Source: Cyanophora paradoxa CCMP329
Taxonomy: Eukaryota; Plantae; Glaucophyta
DNA length: 64,000 nt
Reading direction: 5' to 3'
Assembly: GCA_004431415.1 (NCBI GenBank)
Contig: QPMI01000123.1
Span: 62,001 to 126,000 of the forward strand
The notes beneath the pieces are model-generated. The model was not told the DNA's origin and made no database searches. It saw only the letters and a list, made by a program, of their open reading frames with translations. This document shows, piece by piece, positions 1 to 10,961 of this stretch. Positions within the stretch are counted from its first letter, which is position 1, and every line of letters starts with the position of its first letter. The position numbers and the translations under genes are program-made.

Positions 1-1
1 G

Positions 2-3000
2 GACATGAGCGGCAACGTGCTGGGAACCGGCACCGTCGGGATCACGGGCACCGTGACGTCGACGGGGCTGCTGAACATGAACGGGTTCCTGAACGTGCAC
101 GACAACAAGTTCGTTCTCGACGGGTCGGGTAACGTGCTCGCCACGGGCGTGGTGGGCATCACGGGCACGATCACGTCGACGGGGCTGCTGAACGCGAACG
201 GGTTCCTGAACGTGCACGACAACAAGTTCGTGGTGGACATGAGCGGCAACGTGCTGGGCACTGGGTTCGTCGGCTTGACGGGGACGCTGACGTCGACGGG
301 GCTGCTGAACGCGAACGGGTTCCTGAACGTGGGCGCGAACAAGTTCGTGGTGGACACGAGCGGCAACGTGCTGGGTACGGGCATGGTGGGCTTGACGGGG
401 ACGCTGACGTCGACGGGGCTGCTGAACGCGAACGGGTTTCTCAATGTTCGTGCCAACAAGTTCGTGGTGGATATGAGCGGCAACGTGCTTGGAACCGGCA
501 CCGTCGGGATCACGGGGACCGTGACGTCGACGGGGCTGCTGAACATGAACGGGTTCCTGAATGTTCACGACAACAAGTTCGTTCTCGACGGGTCGGGTAA
601 CATGCTCGCCACGGGCGTGGTGGGCATCACGGGCACGATCACGTCGACGGGGCTGCTGAACGCGAACGGCTTCCTGAACGTGCACGACAACAAGTTCGTG
701 GTGGACATGAGCGGAAACGTGCTGGGCACTGGGTTCGTCGGCTTGACGGGGACGCTGACGTCGACGGGGCTGCTGAACGCGAACGGGTTCCTGAACGTGG
801 GCGCGAACAAGTTCGTTGTGGACATGAGCGGCAACGTGCTGGGCACTGGGTTCGTCGGCTTGACGGGGACGCTGACGTCGACGGGGCTGCTGAACGCGAA
901 CGGGTTCCTGAACGTGGGCGCGAACAAGTTCGTGGTGGACACGAGCGGCAACGTGCTGGGCACGGGGATGGTGGGCGTGACAGGGACGCTCACGTCGACG
1001 GGGCTGCTGAACGCGAACGGGTTCCTCAATGTTCGTGCCAACAAGTTCGTGGTGGACATGAGCGGCAACGTGCTGGGAACCGGCACAGTCGGGATCACTG
1101 GCACCGTGACGTCGACGGGCTTGCTGAACATGAACGGGTTCCTGAACGTGCACGACAACAAGTTTGTTCTGGACGGGTCGGGTAACGTGCTCGCCACTGG
1201 TGTGGTGGGCATCACGGGCACGATCACGTCGACGGGGCTGCTGAACGCGAATGGATTTTTGAACGTTGGCACGAATCGCTTCGTTGTAGACATGAGCGGG
1301 AACGTTTTAGCAAGTGGTTCCCTTGGCGTTACCGGCACTGTTACGTCAACTGGCCTTCTAAACATTCCTTTCGGCGCCGTCACAGTGATGGTTAATCGTT
1401 TCGTGGCGGATACTAGCGGCAATGTTCTTGTGTCTGGCTTCATGGGCCTGACGGGAACTCTTACATCGACGGGCCTTCTGAACGTCAATGGGTTTATGAA
1501 CGTTGCGGGGAACAAGTTTGTCGTGGATACAAACGGAAATCTTTTAAGCACTGGTGGCCTTGGGGTCACCGGGACTGTGACATCGACGGGCTTGCTGAAC
1601 ATAAACGGGTTCCTGAACGTGCACGACAACAAGTTCGTTCTGGATGGGTCGGGTAACATGCTTGCCACGGGTGCTGTCGGCATTACTGGCACACTGACTT
1701 CTACCGGCCTTCTGCGAGCCAGTGGCGGTCTGAACGTGGCTGTTAACAAATTCGTCGTCGATACTAGTGGAAACGCGTTCATCACGGGAACACTTGCCGT
1801 ATCGGGCACTGTCACCTCGACGGGCCTACTGATGGCCAACGGCGGCATTCTCATCGGTACGAATCGGTTTGCTGTCGACGCGCTCGGCAACACGTTTACG
1901 GCAACCAGCTTGGTCGTCACCGGCATTTCGGTGTTCAACCAGCAGCTTTACACTGGGGCCGGCATGACAGTGAGCACGGACAAGCTGCAGATTGACGCCA
2001 GCGGCAACGTGCTTGCGACGGGCTCCATGGGCGTGACGGGCACTGTGACGTCGACGGGGCTTCTGAATGCGAATGGGTTCCTGAACGTGGGCACGAACAA
2101 GTTCGTGGTCGCGTCGACGGGCAGTACCTTGGCGACCGGCACTATGGGGGTAACCGGTACTGTGACGTCCACCGGTCTGCTGAACGCGAACGGCGGAATC
2201 TTTGTGAACTTGAACAAGTTCTCCGTCGACGGCGCCGGTAACACTGTTGTGACCGGTTCCCTGACAGTCACCGGCGGCATCGCTTCGGTCGGTTCTATCA
2301 CGGCAACTGGTATCGCTTACATGAACGGAGGCATAATTGTGACAACTGACAAGTTTGTTGTCGACGGCGCCAGTGGCAACACCCAGATCTCTGGCACTCT
2401 CACGGTGACGGGTGCCATCACTGCCTCGGGGAACATCACAGCCACCGGGGCTCTCACCGTAACGGGCGGCATCAACTCCGTCGGGGCGATCACGTCCACA
2501 GGAGTGCTGAACTCGAATGGCGGCATCACTGTGAGCGCGAACAAGTTCATCGTCGATGGCGCCAGTGGCAATACGCAGATCTCTGGCACACTTATAGTGA
2601 CGGGCGCCATTACAGCCGCGACCAGCATCACCACCACGGGAGCTCTCACCGTCAGTGGTATTACTTCGGTAGGCACAATCACGTCCACGGGCATGCTCAA
2701 CGCCAATGGAGGCATTACTATAAACAGTGGTGGCGTAAGCAGGTTTGCTGTGGACGCCGCGACCGGTAACACTGGGGTCACTGGCACACTCTCTGTGACA
2801 GGCGCGATGGGTGTCACGGGCGCATTCACATCTACGGGCGCAATCACCGCTCGAAGTGGCATTACTGTAGCCGCCGGCGGCGTTGCCGTAACAGCTGGAG
2901 GCATAAGTGTTACGGCCGGAGGCGTAAGTGTTACGGCCGGAGGCGTAAGTGTTACAGCCGGAGGAGTGCGGCTTGCAACTAACGTTATCAGCACCGGTGG

Positions 3001-3364
3001 CACGTATGCTCTCGACCCGGGATCGTCAACTGCATCACTTGCGGCCCCCATGCAGTACATCAACGCAGCAGGGATCACGATTGAGTTGAACTACGTAAAA
3101 TGCGTAACCCAAGGTCTCGGCGGAACGACGGCTGCTGGCGGATACGATGGTCTTTACAATGGATTCACATTCTACATCTACGTATCTCAAGCAACGAACT
3201 TCAAGTTCGTTCGCTCGGCGACGGTGACATCGCTGTACCCTGGCACAGGAACCAACGATGTAACGAACGTGCCAGCATATTCTAGGGGCTTGGCGGAATG
3301 CACATGCTTCTCGTCGTTCCGCTGGGTGTGCGCCTTCGACGGTGCCCCTCTAGTACACAGTTGA
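2..3364 (+). CDS. 5'-partial, intronless Gly/Thr/Val/Asn-rich repeat protein (~23 units of a 39-aa repeat plus a Cys-containing C-terminal domain); viral/phage tail-fibre-like or adhesin-like beta-structure
   Basis: The frame is open from base 2 to TGA at 3362-3364. There is a 117-bp period (units begin at 5, 122, 239, 356, 473...) with consensus SGNVLxTGxxGxTGTxTSTGLLNxNGFLNVxxNKFVVDx. VSVTAGG heptads and a ~130-aa non-repetitive tail follow. The fibre assignment is inferred from the pattern. Confidence 0.85.
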   Translation, partial: DMSGNVLGTGTVGITGTVTSTGLLNMNGFLNVHDNKFVLDGSGNVLATGVVGITGTITSTGLLNANGFLNVHDNKFVVDMSGNVLGTGFVGLTGTLTSTGLLNANGFLNVGANKFVVDTSGNVLGTGMVGLTGTLTSTGLLNANGFLNVRANKFVVDMSGNVLGTGTVGITGTVTSTGLLNMNGFLNVHDNKFVLDGSGNMLATGVVGITGTITSTGLLNANGFLNVHDNKFVVDMSGNVLGTGFVGLTGTLTSTGLLNANGFLNVGANKFVVDMSGNVLGTGFVGLTGTLTSTGLLNANGFLNVGANKFVVDTSGNVLGTGMVGVTGTLTSTGLLNANGFLNVRANKFVVDMSGNVLGTGTVGITGTVTSTGLLNMNGFLNVHDNKFVLDGSGNVLATGVVGITGTITSTGLLNANGFLNVGTNRFVVDMSGNVLASGSLGVTGTVTSTGLLNIPFGAVTVMVNRFVADTSGNVLVSGFMGLTGTLTSTGLLNVNGFMNVAGNKFVVDTNGNLLSTGGLGVTGTVTSTGLLNINGFLNVHDNKFVLDGSGNMLATGAVGITGTLTSTGLLRASGGLNVAVNKFVVDTSGNAFITGTLAVSGTVTSTGLLMANGGILIGTNRFAVDALGNTFTATSLVVTGISVFNQQLYTGAGMTVSTDKLQIDASGNVLATGSMGVTGTVTSTGLLNANGFLNVGTNKFVVASTGSTLATGTMGVTGTVTSTGLLNANGGIFVNLNKFSVDGAGNTVVTGSLTVTGGIASVGSITATGIAYMNGGIIVTTDKFVVDGASGNTQISGTLTVTGAITASGNITATGALTVTGGINSVGAITSTGVLNSNGGITVSANKFIVDGASGNTQISGTLIVTGAITAATSITTTGALTVSGITSVGTITSTGMLNANGGITINSGGVSRFAVDAATGNTGVTGTLSVTGAMGVTGAFTSTGAITARSGITVAAGGVAVTAGGISVTAGGVSVTAGGVSVTAGGVRLATNVISTGGTYALDPGSSTASLAAPMQYINAAGITIELNYVKCVTQGLGGTTAAGGYDGLYNGFTFYIYVSQATNFKFVRSATVTSLYPGTGTNDVTNVPAYSRGLAECTCFSSFRWVCAFDGAPLVHS

Positions 3365-3815
3365 TCCGTGTACATACCGATTTGAATTGAATAGTGGATT
3401 GGAGCTGTACAAATATCGTTTATTCAACCATCGAATATGGGCGACTCGGCTTCGACGTCGGCGAGTTTGAAGGGGGATTGTGTTTGTGCACAACAGTATG
3501 AGATCTAGGCACAACAACGTTGGTTCCTTGACAACGTTGGCACAACTTTATGAGATCGCAATATAGATCGGGATTTCGGGGCCCCGGGGCTAAACTTGGA
3601 CACTTGAAAAGGGCCTTCCGCGGGGTCCGCGGGGTCCCATGAATATACTAATGCAGGCCCCCCGGAGTGACTACAGGCAACCAATGTCCGTCTCGCTCTC
3701 GATTGAGGGCGGCTCCAGCTCTCGCTGCAGGCCCCCCGGAGTGACTCCAGACTTCACTGTTCAAGCACGCATGGAAATCTTCATGCTTATATTACCGCAG
3801 TACAATGCAAATGCT

Positions 3816-3854
3816 AGGCAACAATGTAAAGACCTACCCTCGTAGGGGGAGGGG

Positions 3855-3889
<35 letters not shown>

Positions 3890-4957
3890 CTTCCACTGGA
3901 GGAGACGCGGAGACACGGAGACTCCATCGCTACGCCCACTGACGACCTCACTCTCAACCTATCACCTACGGCCGCTCGCCGGGCCCTCGCGCCCGCCGCC
4001 GACCCGCCGTCGCCTGCGCGACTTGCGCCTCCACACCTCCCTCGCTACCGCCGGCACGCTCGCCTCCCGCCGCCACCGCTGCTCTTGCCCCCCCTGCCCT
4101 CTCTCGCCCGTCGCCCCAGTCGCCCTCCCCCACGGCCCCACCCTCCACCCCCTCCGCCCCTTCCGTTCTGCTGATCTCCCGCTACCCCAGGGAGGGGACG
4201 GTGGTGCGGGCTGCCGGGTGGAAGGTCGTCGGTCGGCCGCTGAACCCACCGGCGCCTGCCCCGGCCACGCGCCAGGCCGGGGTGGCCGGACCGCCGTGGA
4301 GGGGGCTCGTCATTGCCCGCGGCGGGGGGGAGGCGGTCGGCGGGCGGCTGGAAGCCCGGCGGAACGCGCCACTGAAGCCTCCCTCCTCCCGACCGCGGCT
4401 ACCCGACCCGGTCCTCCCCCGTCCTTTCCCACCGCCCAACGTCGCCCCATACCGTGCCCTCCTCCCTGCCCCCGTCCCCCTTTCCCCCGACCAATCTTCC
4501 CCGATGCTCCGAGCCCGGCGGCTCCACCAGGCCTGCTCTCGGACGAGCGAGCCCCCGACCCGACCCGCCGTGCCGACGACACGGCGGGCCGTACTCTAGC
4601 GTGTACAGAGTGGTTTAGATTATAGTGCGCCTTTTCGGAGGCCCTAGCTTACTAGACATAGCGCGCGCTAGCTACAGCTGCAGCTCACTTCACTGCCCAC
4701 CTCTGATTTCTATTCTCGTCCCTGGGTAGTCACTCCCTTTCCCGCGTAGGATCTTTCCTGTGCTGCAGCTCTAGACTTAAGTCCCCGGGGTAGCGTCTCC
4801 AGTTATTTCCACATCCGAGCTCCACCCGGTCCGATGTCCGAAAGGCTTAGTCCCGTAGGCTCATCTCTCGACTTGACACAGATGGACACCTCAGTTATAT
4901 CTCTAGCCATTTGTCTCGGTGTGTGCGAATTCATTTATACAGGCAACAATGTAAAGA
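3816..4957. mobile_element. ~1.1-kb insertion bounded by a perfect 17-bp direct repeat; class uncertain
   Basis: AGGCAACAATGTAAAGA occurs at 3816-3832 and 4941-4957. The interior has a ~45-nt G run and a C-rich stretch, with no recognisable ORF. Confidence 0.55.
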
Positions 4958-5024
4958 GCGGATCAACCGTTGAACTTAGCGAGCTGACAACGAAGATCAC
5001 ATCAAATTCTTCAAGCCTTGAAGC

Positions 5025-8000
5025 TTACAATCCTAATGATAAGCTACTCGTAGATAGGAGAAAAGAGGAAACCAGATAAATCAGAAGGCGGTGGAGCCCA
5101 GGCATCAACCCTCGGGCGCCCGATAGAGATGTCCCAGATCCAGCAGAAGTGGAAGTGGCTGTCAAGCCTGCAATTTGGAGGGTCTTCTTTGACACAGCAT
5201 CCTGCAAAAAGATCACATCTTTCATCCTGCGAAAAGCACATTTGGGCGCACTATTATGGCCTCGATCAGCATACGAGTTGTGGCAAACGTTCCACCCTTC
5301 CCGAAGGTCGCTTCAAGCACGACGCCTTGAGTAGAGCAACTCATTCTCTTCAAGGCGACCTGGGAGCGCTCAAGTGGACCAATCGCGCCTATGACTCCCT
5401 CGAACAAGCGCTCCTCCATCTTGTGTTGCCATTTGGTCAGCATGGGTATGGAAGAGGAGGAAATGACCGCGGGGTGTATAAAAAAGGAGCTATGGATGGA
5501 AAAAGGGGTAAAAAACGCTGTCACCCTGAGAAGCGTGTATCCAGATATCACTGAAGAACAATCCGATGTCGATGACGTCACGCGAATGACTAACGAGCGT
5601 GGATCCTCCTGCACATCCGCCGCTGCTGCGTATGGAGGCGAGTAGGTGTAGGAGCCAGCAGGGAAGGTATTTGAAGTCTCCGGAGCGATGCTCGCTACTT
5701 TCGCACCATTTACCTGCAGGAGTTTGCAAGTTGAATTTAACAGAGGGGCATCACAATTTCAAAGCTTATACTGACCACCAGCCCGCTCATGCTGCTGGCC
5801 GCTTTCTTTAGCGAATCCAGCAGCGTTGCAGCTTTTGTCGCCCCTATCGTTCCACTTGCAGTGATTTGATCTCTGATCGTAACTGAGAAGCTGCCTGTGG
5901 TAGCCAGGATGCGCCGTCTGAGTGCATTCCGGTTAGAGTGATCCCCAGACTCCGCTTAGCCAATCTTACCGCCGGTCCTTGCATGACGCATCTCCAACAT
6001 TAATCATGCTGTCGTCAAAACTTCCGCACTTATATCTCGTTATACTCTTGTCGAAGGTGCCACAAATGGTCTCCAGAATCGTTCGCCGTGCGCTGTTTGG
6101 GTTGAATGAGTTCCGCCATTCATCGCACTGCGTTGCGAATCAGCAACTGAATGCATTCTTACACAATCAGCAACTGCACACCTTCACACGGTTTTCGAAA
6201 TTTGAGGTCATCGATGATGAGTATTCCGTCACGGTCGAGTTTACAGCCACAGGAGCCGTCGGCCCTGAAACTGCGCTGCGCATCGCGATGTCCGCTGCGG
6301 GGACAGGTGACGGTGTTGGCGGCGGCGGCAGCATTGGAGTGGGTGTCGAGGTTGCCAAGGGTGAGGCGGAGGGCGCTGGAGTCATGGATGGCGCGGGAGA
6401 CGGCGTTGGCGGTGCAGAGCCTGTGATGATGTACACACGGTTGGATGCCGGCGATGAGTATCCGATCATGTTCTGCACAGCTATGCAAGAGTAATTCGTG
6501 CTGCTGGCAGTCAACGTCATCTGTACAGTCGTTTGTTAGAGAACGTTATAATGCTTTGAAGAAATGCGCACGGGAATTAGCGTAGTGCTTGATGTCGAAT
6601 TCCGAAACATGGAGTTCGTCGATGGTGGCAATTTAGGTGGCAAGCCAGGTGATGTACAAATCACCGTGCCACTGCTTGCCCTGTAAAACAGGCTGACTGA
6701 GAATACCACGTGCGCTGAGCGCTCGTAGAAAGGAAGGAAGAAGCCCGATTCGGGAGAGGTTATGGACGGGGTTGGAATTTGTGTTAGGATGATGACTGCG
6801 GTGCTTGCAGGCGACGTACTTCCACCATATGTCTGCGTCGCAACGCAGGAGTACTCTGTTCCTCCCAGGGGAAGAGGGACCTTGGAAGCAAAGAGCATGT
6901 TAAAAGTGGGAGTACAAGAATAATTCGACGGACCCACGTACCAAGACGACTCCAACACTGCTGGACTGACGACGGAATTCTGTTGAAAAAACGACCTCGA
7001 GTGCTGAAGGGCTGCGGTCAACGCAAAATCCATCCCTAGCTAGTATGCAATTCCCGAGAGGAATGCAGGACACATGTGCAGATGAGCTGACAGCCTCGAT
7101 CGCGAGGAAAAAATGGACATGGCCGGTTTCATCGCGAATGCCGAAGTCCGTTGGAGAAGTAATAGTTGGAGAAGGTACAACCGTTGTAAAATTTACGTGT
7201 GCACTCGGCATGGACTCGAGACCGTTCACAAATTGCGCTGCAGAGCAAAGATAATCCTTGTTTTGCAACAGTGCAAGCTGAGCGCATGTAAGTTGATTTT
7301 TCCAGTTAAAGGCATGCGGGGACGCACCTTGACTGTGGCAAAGGAACCGGACTTGGTGGCATTTACGCCATCGTAGTTCGAATTTGAATTCGAAACCGAG
7401 AGAGTGGTACCAACTTCTATGCAAGTGACCCTTGCGCCAGTGGATGAGACGTGCACGCTGACAGTCATGCTCGCTCTGAGGGGAGTGCCCTCAAGAACGG
7501 CAAAGCCAGTCGCTGGGCGAACTAAATTTGGCACGGGGGGGATCGTGTCGATTGGCGCTGGCGTCAAACTTGGCGCCGAAGTCACGTTGTTCACAACTTG
7601 CACAGCCGTGCATGAGTATCTCTTTCCAGCAGCCAAAGCGATCTAGGCACGATGCATCAATACACATACATGCGACAGATTAGAGAGGCAGCCACCTGTA
7701 CTGATGCAGACTGTAACTTTGCAGACTGCCGTTGAATGTCATCGTAGTCCACATTGACACTCGAAATCGATGTGCTTGTGCCAACTTCTGTGCACGTCAC
7801 GACAGCCCGTGTTGATGCAACATCGACTGTCAACGATATCGAGGTGTTCGCCGGACTCCCAGATAGAACAACAAATCCTGAAGATGTTACTGTCGGCAGA
7901 GGTGGCACCGTCGAAATAGCCACTGATGCGCTTGGGTCAGAGGTGGCGTTGTTGACAACCTGTATGGCTGTGCAATTGTAGAATTTTCCTCCAACGAGTT

Positions 8001-9936
8001 CAACCTAGCCAAAGCAATTCGATACGCATAAAATCACGAAATCGCGTTAATTTGCAAAGCCGCACCCGAACGAAAGCTGAACGGAACAGAATTCCGGAAT
8101 CCACGTTGTCATAATTAGAATCCGAGCTTGTCACTGTCACACTTGCACCGATCTCTCTGCAATTCACCGCAGCTCTCGTCGATGCTTCGTGGACGGCAAC
8201 AGAGAGATTCGCCTTGAGTGGGCTGCCATCGAGACGGATGAATCCACTGGATACAATACTGGGAGACGGGGCGAAGGTGTGGATCTGAACAGCACTTCCC
8301 GCTGGCGAAGTCCCACCCAGGATTGTCTGAGTCGCAGTACAAAAGAAACGCCTATTTCCGAGAAGAGCGACCTGCAAAAAGTCATACAAACCAGTGCAGT
8401 GTGACGAGAGAGCGGTGGACTTGTCGAACCTCTACCACAATGGAAGAGGAGGCGTTGCTGTTCACCGCGTAGCCCGACACCGTGGCACTGGAACCTTGCT
8501 CGCTGCAGATTACATCCGCCCTCGATGCATTCAGGTGAACCGTCACGTTGATGGCAGCTTTGAGGACTGGTGAGCCGGATGTCACAACAAATCCCGACGT
8601 GTTGATCGTCGGGGCCGGTGGTATGGTCGTGATGTTTACTGCGAAGCTGTCCGGAGATGTTATTCCTAGGACAGTTTGCGTAGCCACGCAAGAGTAGTCT
8701 TTCCCCCCTTCCAGAACAATCTGAAGTCCAGATGTGAATATACTCGTAGTTGAAGTAGTTCTATGCGGGGAGCAAGAATGGCATTCTCACCTTGATTACC
8801 GCAGACGTGCCAGATTTGACTGATGAAGAGGAATCGTAGTCAGATTCCGAACTTACGAGCGATGTTGATGTTCCCACTTCGGTGCACTTAATGACTGCTT
8901 TTGTAGAATTATCGAAGACATTGAGCGCTACTGAGGCTTGCAACGGATCTCCAGACCTCAAGAAGAAACCATGTCTTGCAAAGGATGGAGCTGCAGGAGT
9001 CGGGATTGTGCTGATGTCGGATGCTAAGCTGACGGGGGATGTGAAACCGTTTACATTCTGCGTTGCAGAGCAACTGTAATTTTTATTACGCTGAAGCTCG
9101 ACCTGCAGGCGTCAAAGGCGTCAGTATTGCGTGCTGTTTCGGCACCGAGCGGCTCACCCTGACGCGGACTGTGGAAACGTCTTTGACAGCAATCGTCCCA
9201 TCGTAATCCTGGTCTGGATTGGAGACAACGGTATTCGTGGGGGAAAGGTTTGGCCATAGGTCCAATTCTGTGCATGCCACGACTGCTCGTGTTGACATAT
9301 GATGCACATTCACGAAGATCGTGCCCCGTGGAGGCGTTCCATCCAGATCCATGAATCCACGTGGATTATCGGCTGCAACGATAATTGACGGAGGAACTGG
9401 TACTGTGTCAATGGAAGCAAAAAACGATCGATCCGAAGCCACCCCATTGACGGTCTGGGTGGCTTGGCATCGATAATACCTGTTCCCCTCCAGAGGTACC
9501 TGAGGGAAGATGGGGTGAATGTTTACAAGCAAACGTACACGCCTGAGCGGACCTTCATTATAGCGAGGTTTGAACCGGCTGCCTTAACCGGATTGTCGGC
9601 ATTGTACTCGACATCAGGGCTTGTACAGCAGTCTTCGAACGTCCCCAGCAGTCGGCAATACATTCTGGCCTTCGTGGACAGAACGTCGACAGTGACCGAG
9701 ATCGACGCCAGGCCGTTCTGATCCAACCCAACGAAGCCGCTGGTTGTGAGGACCTCTGCAAGATAGAAACATATGCGAGTGAGGGTCGCTACGTCATCTA
9801 GAGCGCGAGCTCGAGGGAACTCACGGCATCTTGCACAGCCGAAGTAGAATGCCAGCAAGAAAAGCAACATCGCTGGGCCGAATGTGACCCGGGCGGGCGC
9901 GCGGGACCGCGGGTGGTTGCAAATGAAGGACGCCAT
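5025..9936 (-). CDS. Surface protein paralog A: signal peptide, 9 Ig-like repeats with a Cys pair, Pro/Thr stalk, SEA-like region with RRIL, predicted GPI-anchor signal (multi-exon)
   Basis: N-terminus MASF...AMLLFLLAFYFGCARC. Repeated exons read YxCxAxQxVxGxxSxxS...TxPxxPxI..SGF..LxGSP...STRAxVxCxE..YD. A PTPSP stalk follows, and the C-terminus is ...SLSGARGLMPGLHRLLIYLVSSFLLSTSSLSLGL*. Clear similarity to 27369-32470. Confidence 0.85.
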
Positions 9937-10470
9937 TTCGCTAGCCAACTCCAGCAGCAGCTGCTGCTGCTGAACGACGCGTACAATGCTGAGGGGTTCT
10001 GCTTTGAATTAAGGCAAAGACTGCAGTGGGCTGATGAGATGCGGCTGAGTCTGTGTTGCCTGCGGCTGTGCTACGGATTTTGAAGCTCTTGCCGCGTCCA
10101 GGAATCACAAGCACGGCACCAAGATCACGCTGGCTTCTCGCGCAGCATGGGCTTTCAAGCTATCTCACAGCACGATCGGAAGCTGCGGTGCCAAAATCCG
10201 AGGCTTCCCCGAGCTTCCCCGCGCCGGATGTCTGCGGCTGAAGTTGGCAGTGCTTGTGAGCGTACCCCAACGTTGCATACCCAGGGTCAAGCGAGCTAAT
10301 TCACCGTTTCCCGGTCATTTCCAGCATCCGTTATCCTGCTGGCAAAGTTGATCCGAAGCCTTCCGGTGCGCGCCGCCCCCCGCGCCACTTCCCCGCTCGT
10401 CCCCCGAGCGGCGCGAAAACGCGGGCTCTGCGTTGCATCATCGCACGCTGACCCCGGTCCCGCAGGCGCC

Positions 10471-10795
10471 ATGCCCAAGTTCGAGGAGGACTTCGAGGAC
10501 GAGTACGAGGAGAGCACGAAGCCGATCCACAGGCGCATCGTGTCGAAGATCGTGAACGGCCCGGCCGCGCAGACGGCCAGCGAGTACGGGCAGGCGCTGA
10601 TGGGCCACTTCTACAAGCTGAAGGACAGCACGGGGCGCGCCGCGTGGGTCGTCTGCACATCCCTTCTCGTCCTCGGCCTGCCTCTCATGCTCGCCGTTGA
10701 GGTGCCCGCCCTTGACACACTGCCTGTTTGCGCTCTCCTGACCCGCCCCGCAGGAGGAGGTCGCGCTCTCCATGCAGAGCTCCCCGGCCACGTAG
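10471..10795 (+). CDS. TOM22: Mitochondrial import receptor Tom22/TOM9-like (2 coding exons)
   Basis: Acidic N-terminus, then STGRAAWVVCTSLLVLGLPLMLAVE|EE, the Tom22 TM signature. A GT-AG intron ends at 10753 and the stop is at 10793-10795. Confidence 0.8.
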
Positions 10796-10961
10796 CTTGG
10801 CCCTTGAGCTAACCAGTACCTAGTTTGTTTCCTCGATGTAAGCTTCGCAAGCTGCAAGCTAGCACTTGCGCGATGTTCGCTGGCCCCCTGTGCTTTTGCA
10901 CGTTCTCTGTCTCTGATTGATCATTGCTCTGCTTGTCTTTGATTGATCATCGCCCTGCTAA

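Noticed and set aside
565-3078. Long minus-strand ORFs opposite the fibre gene
   Set aside because: These are antisense shadows of a repetitive coding frame.
3570-3638. Weak GGGA...TCCC inverted ends
   Set aside because: Too many mismatches and no TSD.
3652-3746. 21-bp repeat pair with a 53-bp spacer, superficially CRISPR-like
   Set aside because: Only two repeats, no cas genes and a eukaryotic context. The 117-bp and 11-bp arrays also lack unique spacers.
3845-3889. Long G tract as a functional G-quadruplex
   Set aside because: Homopolymer length is unreliable in assemblies and G/C runs are common here.
3939-3945. CTGACGA, a hammerhead ribozyme core motif, inside the 1.1-kb insertion
   Set aside because: No stem II followed by GAAA and no closing helices are visible.
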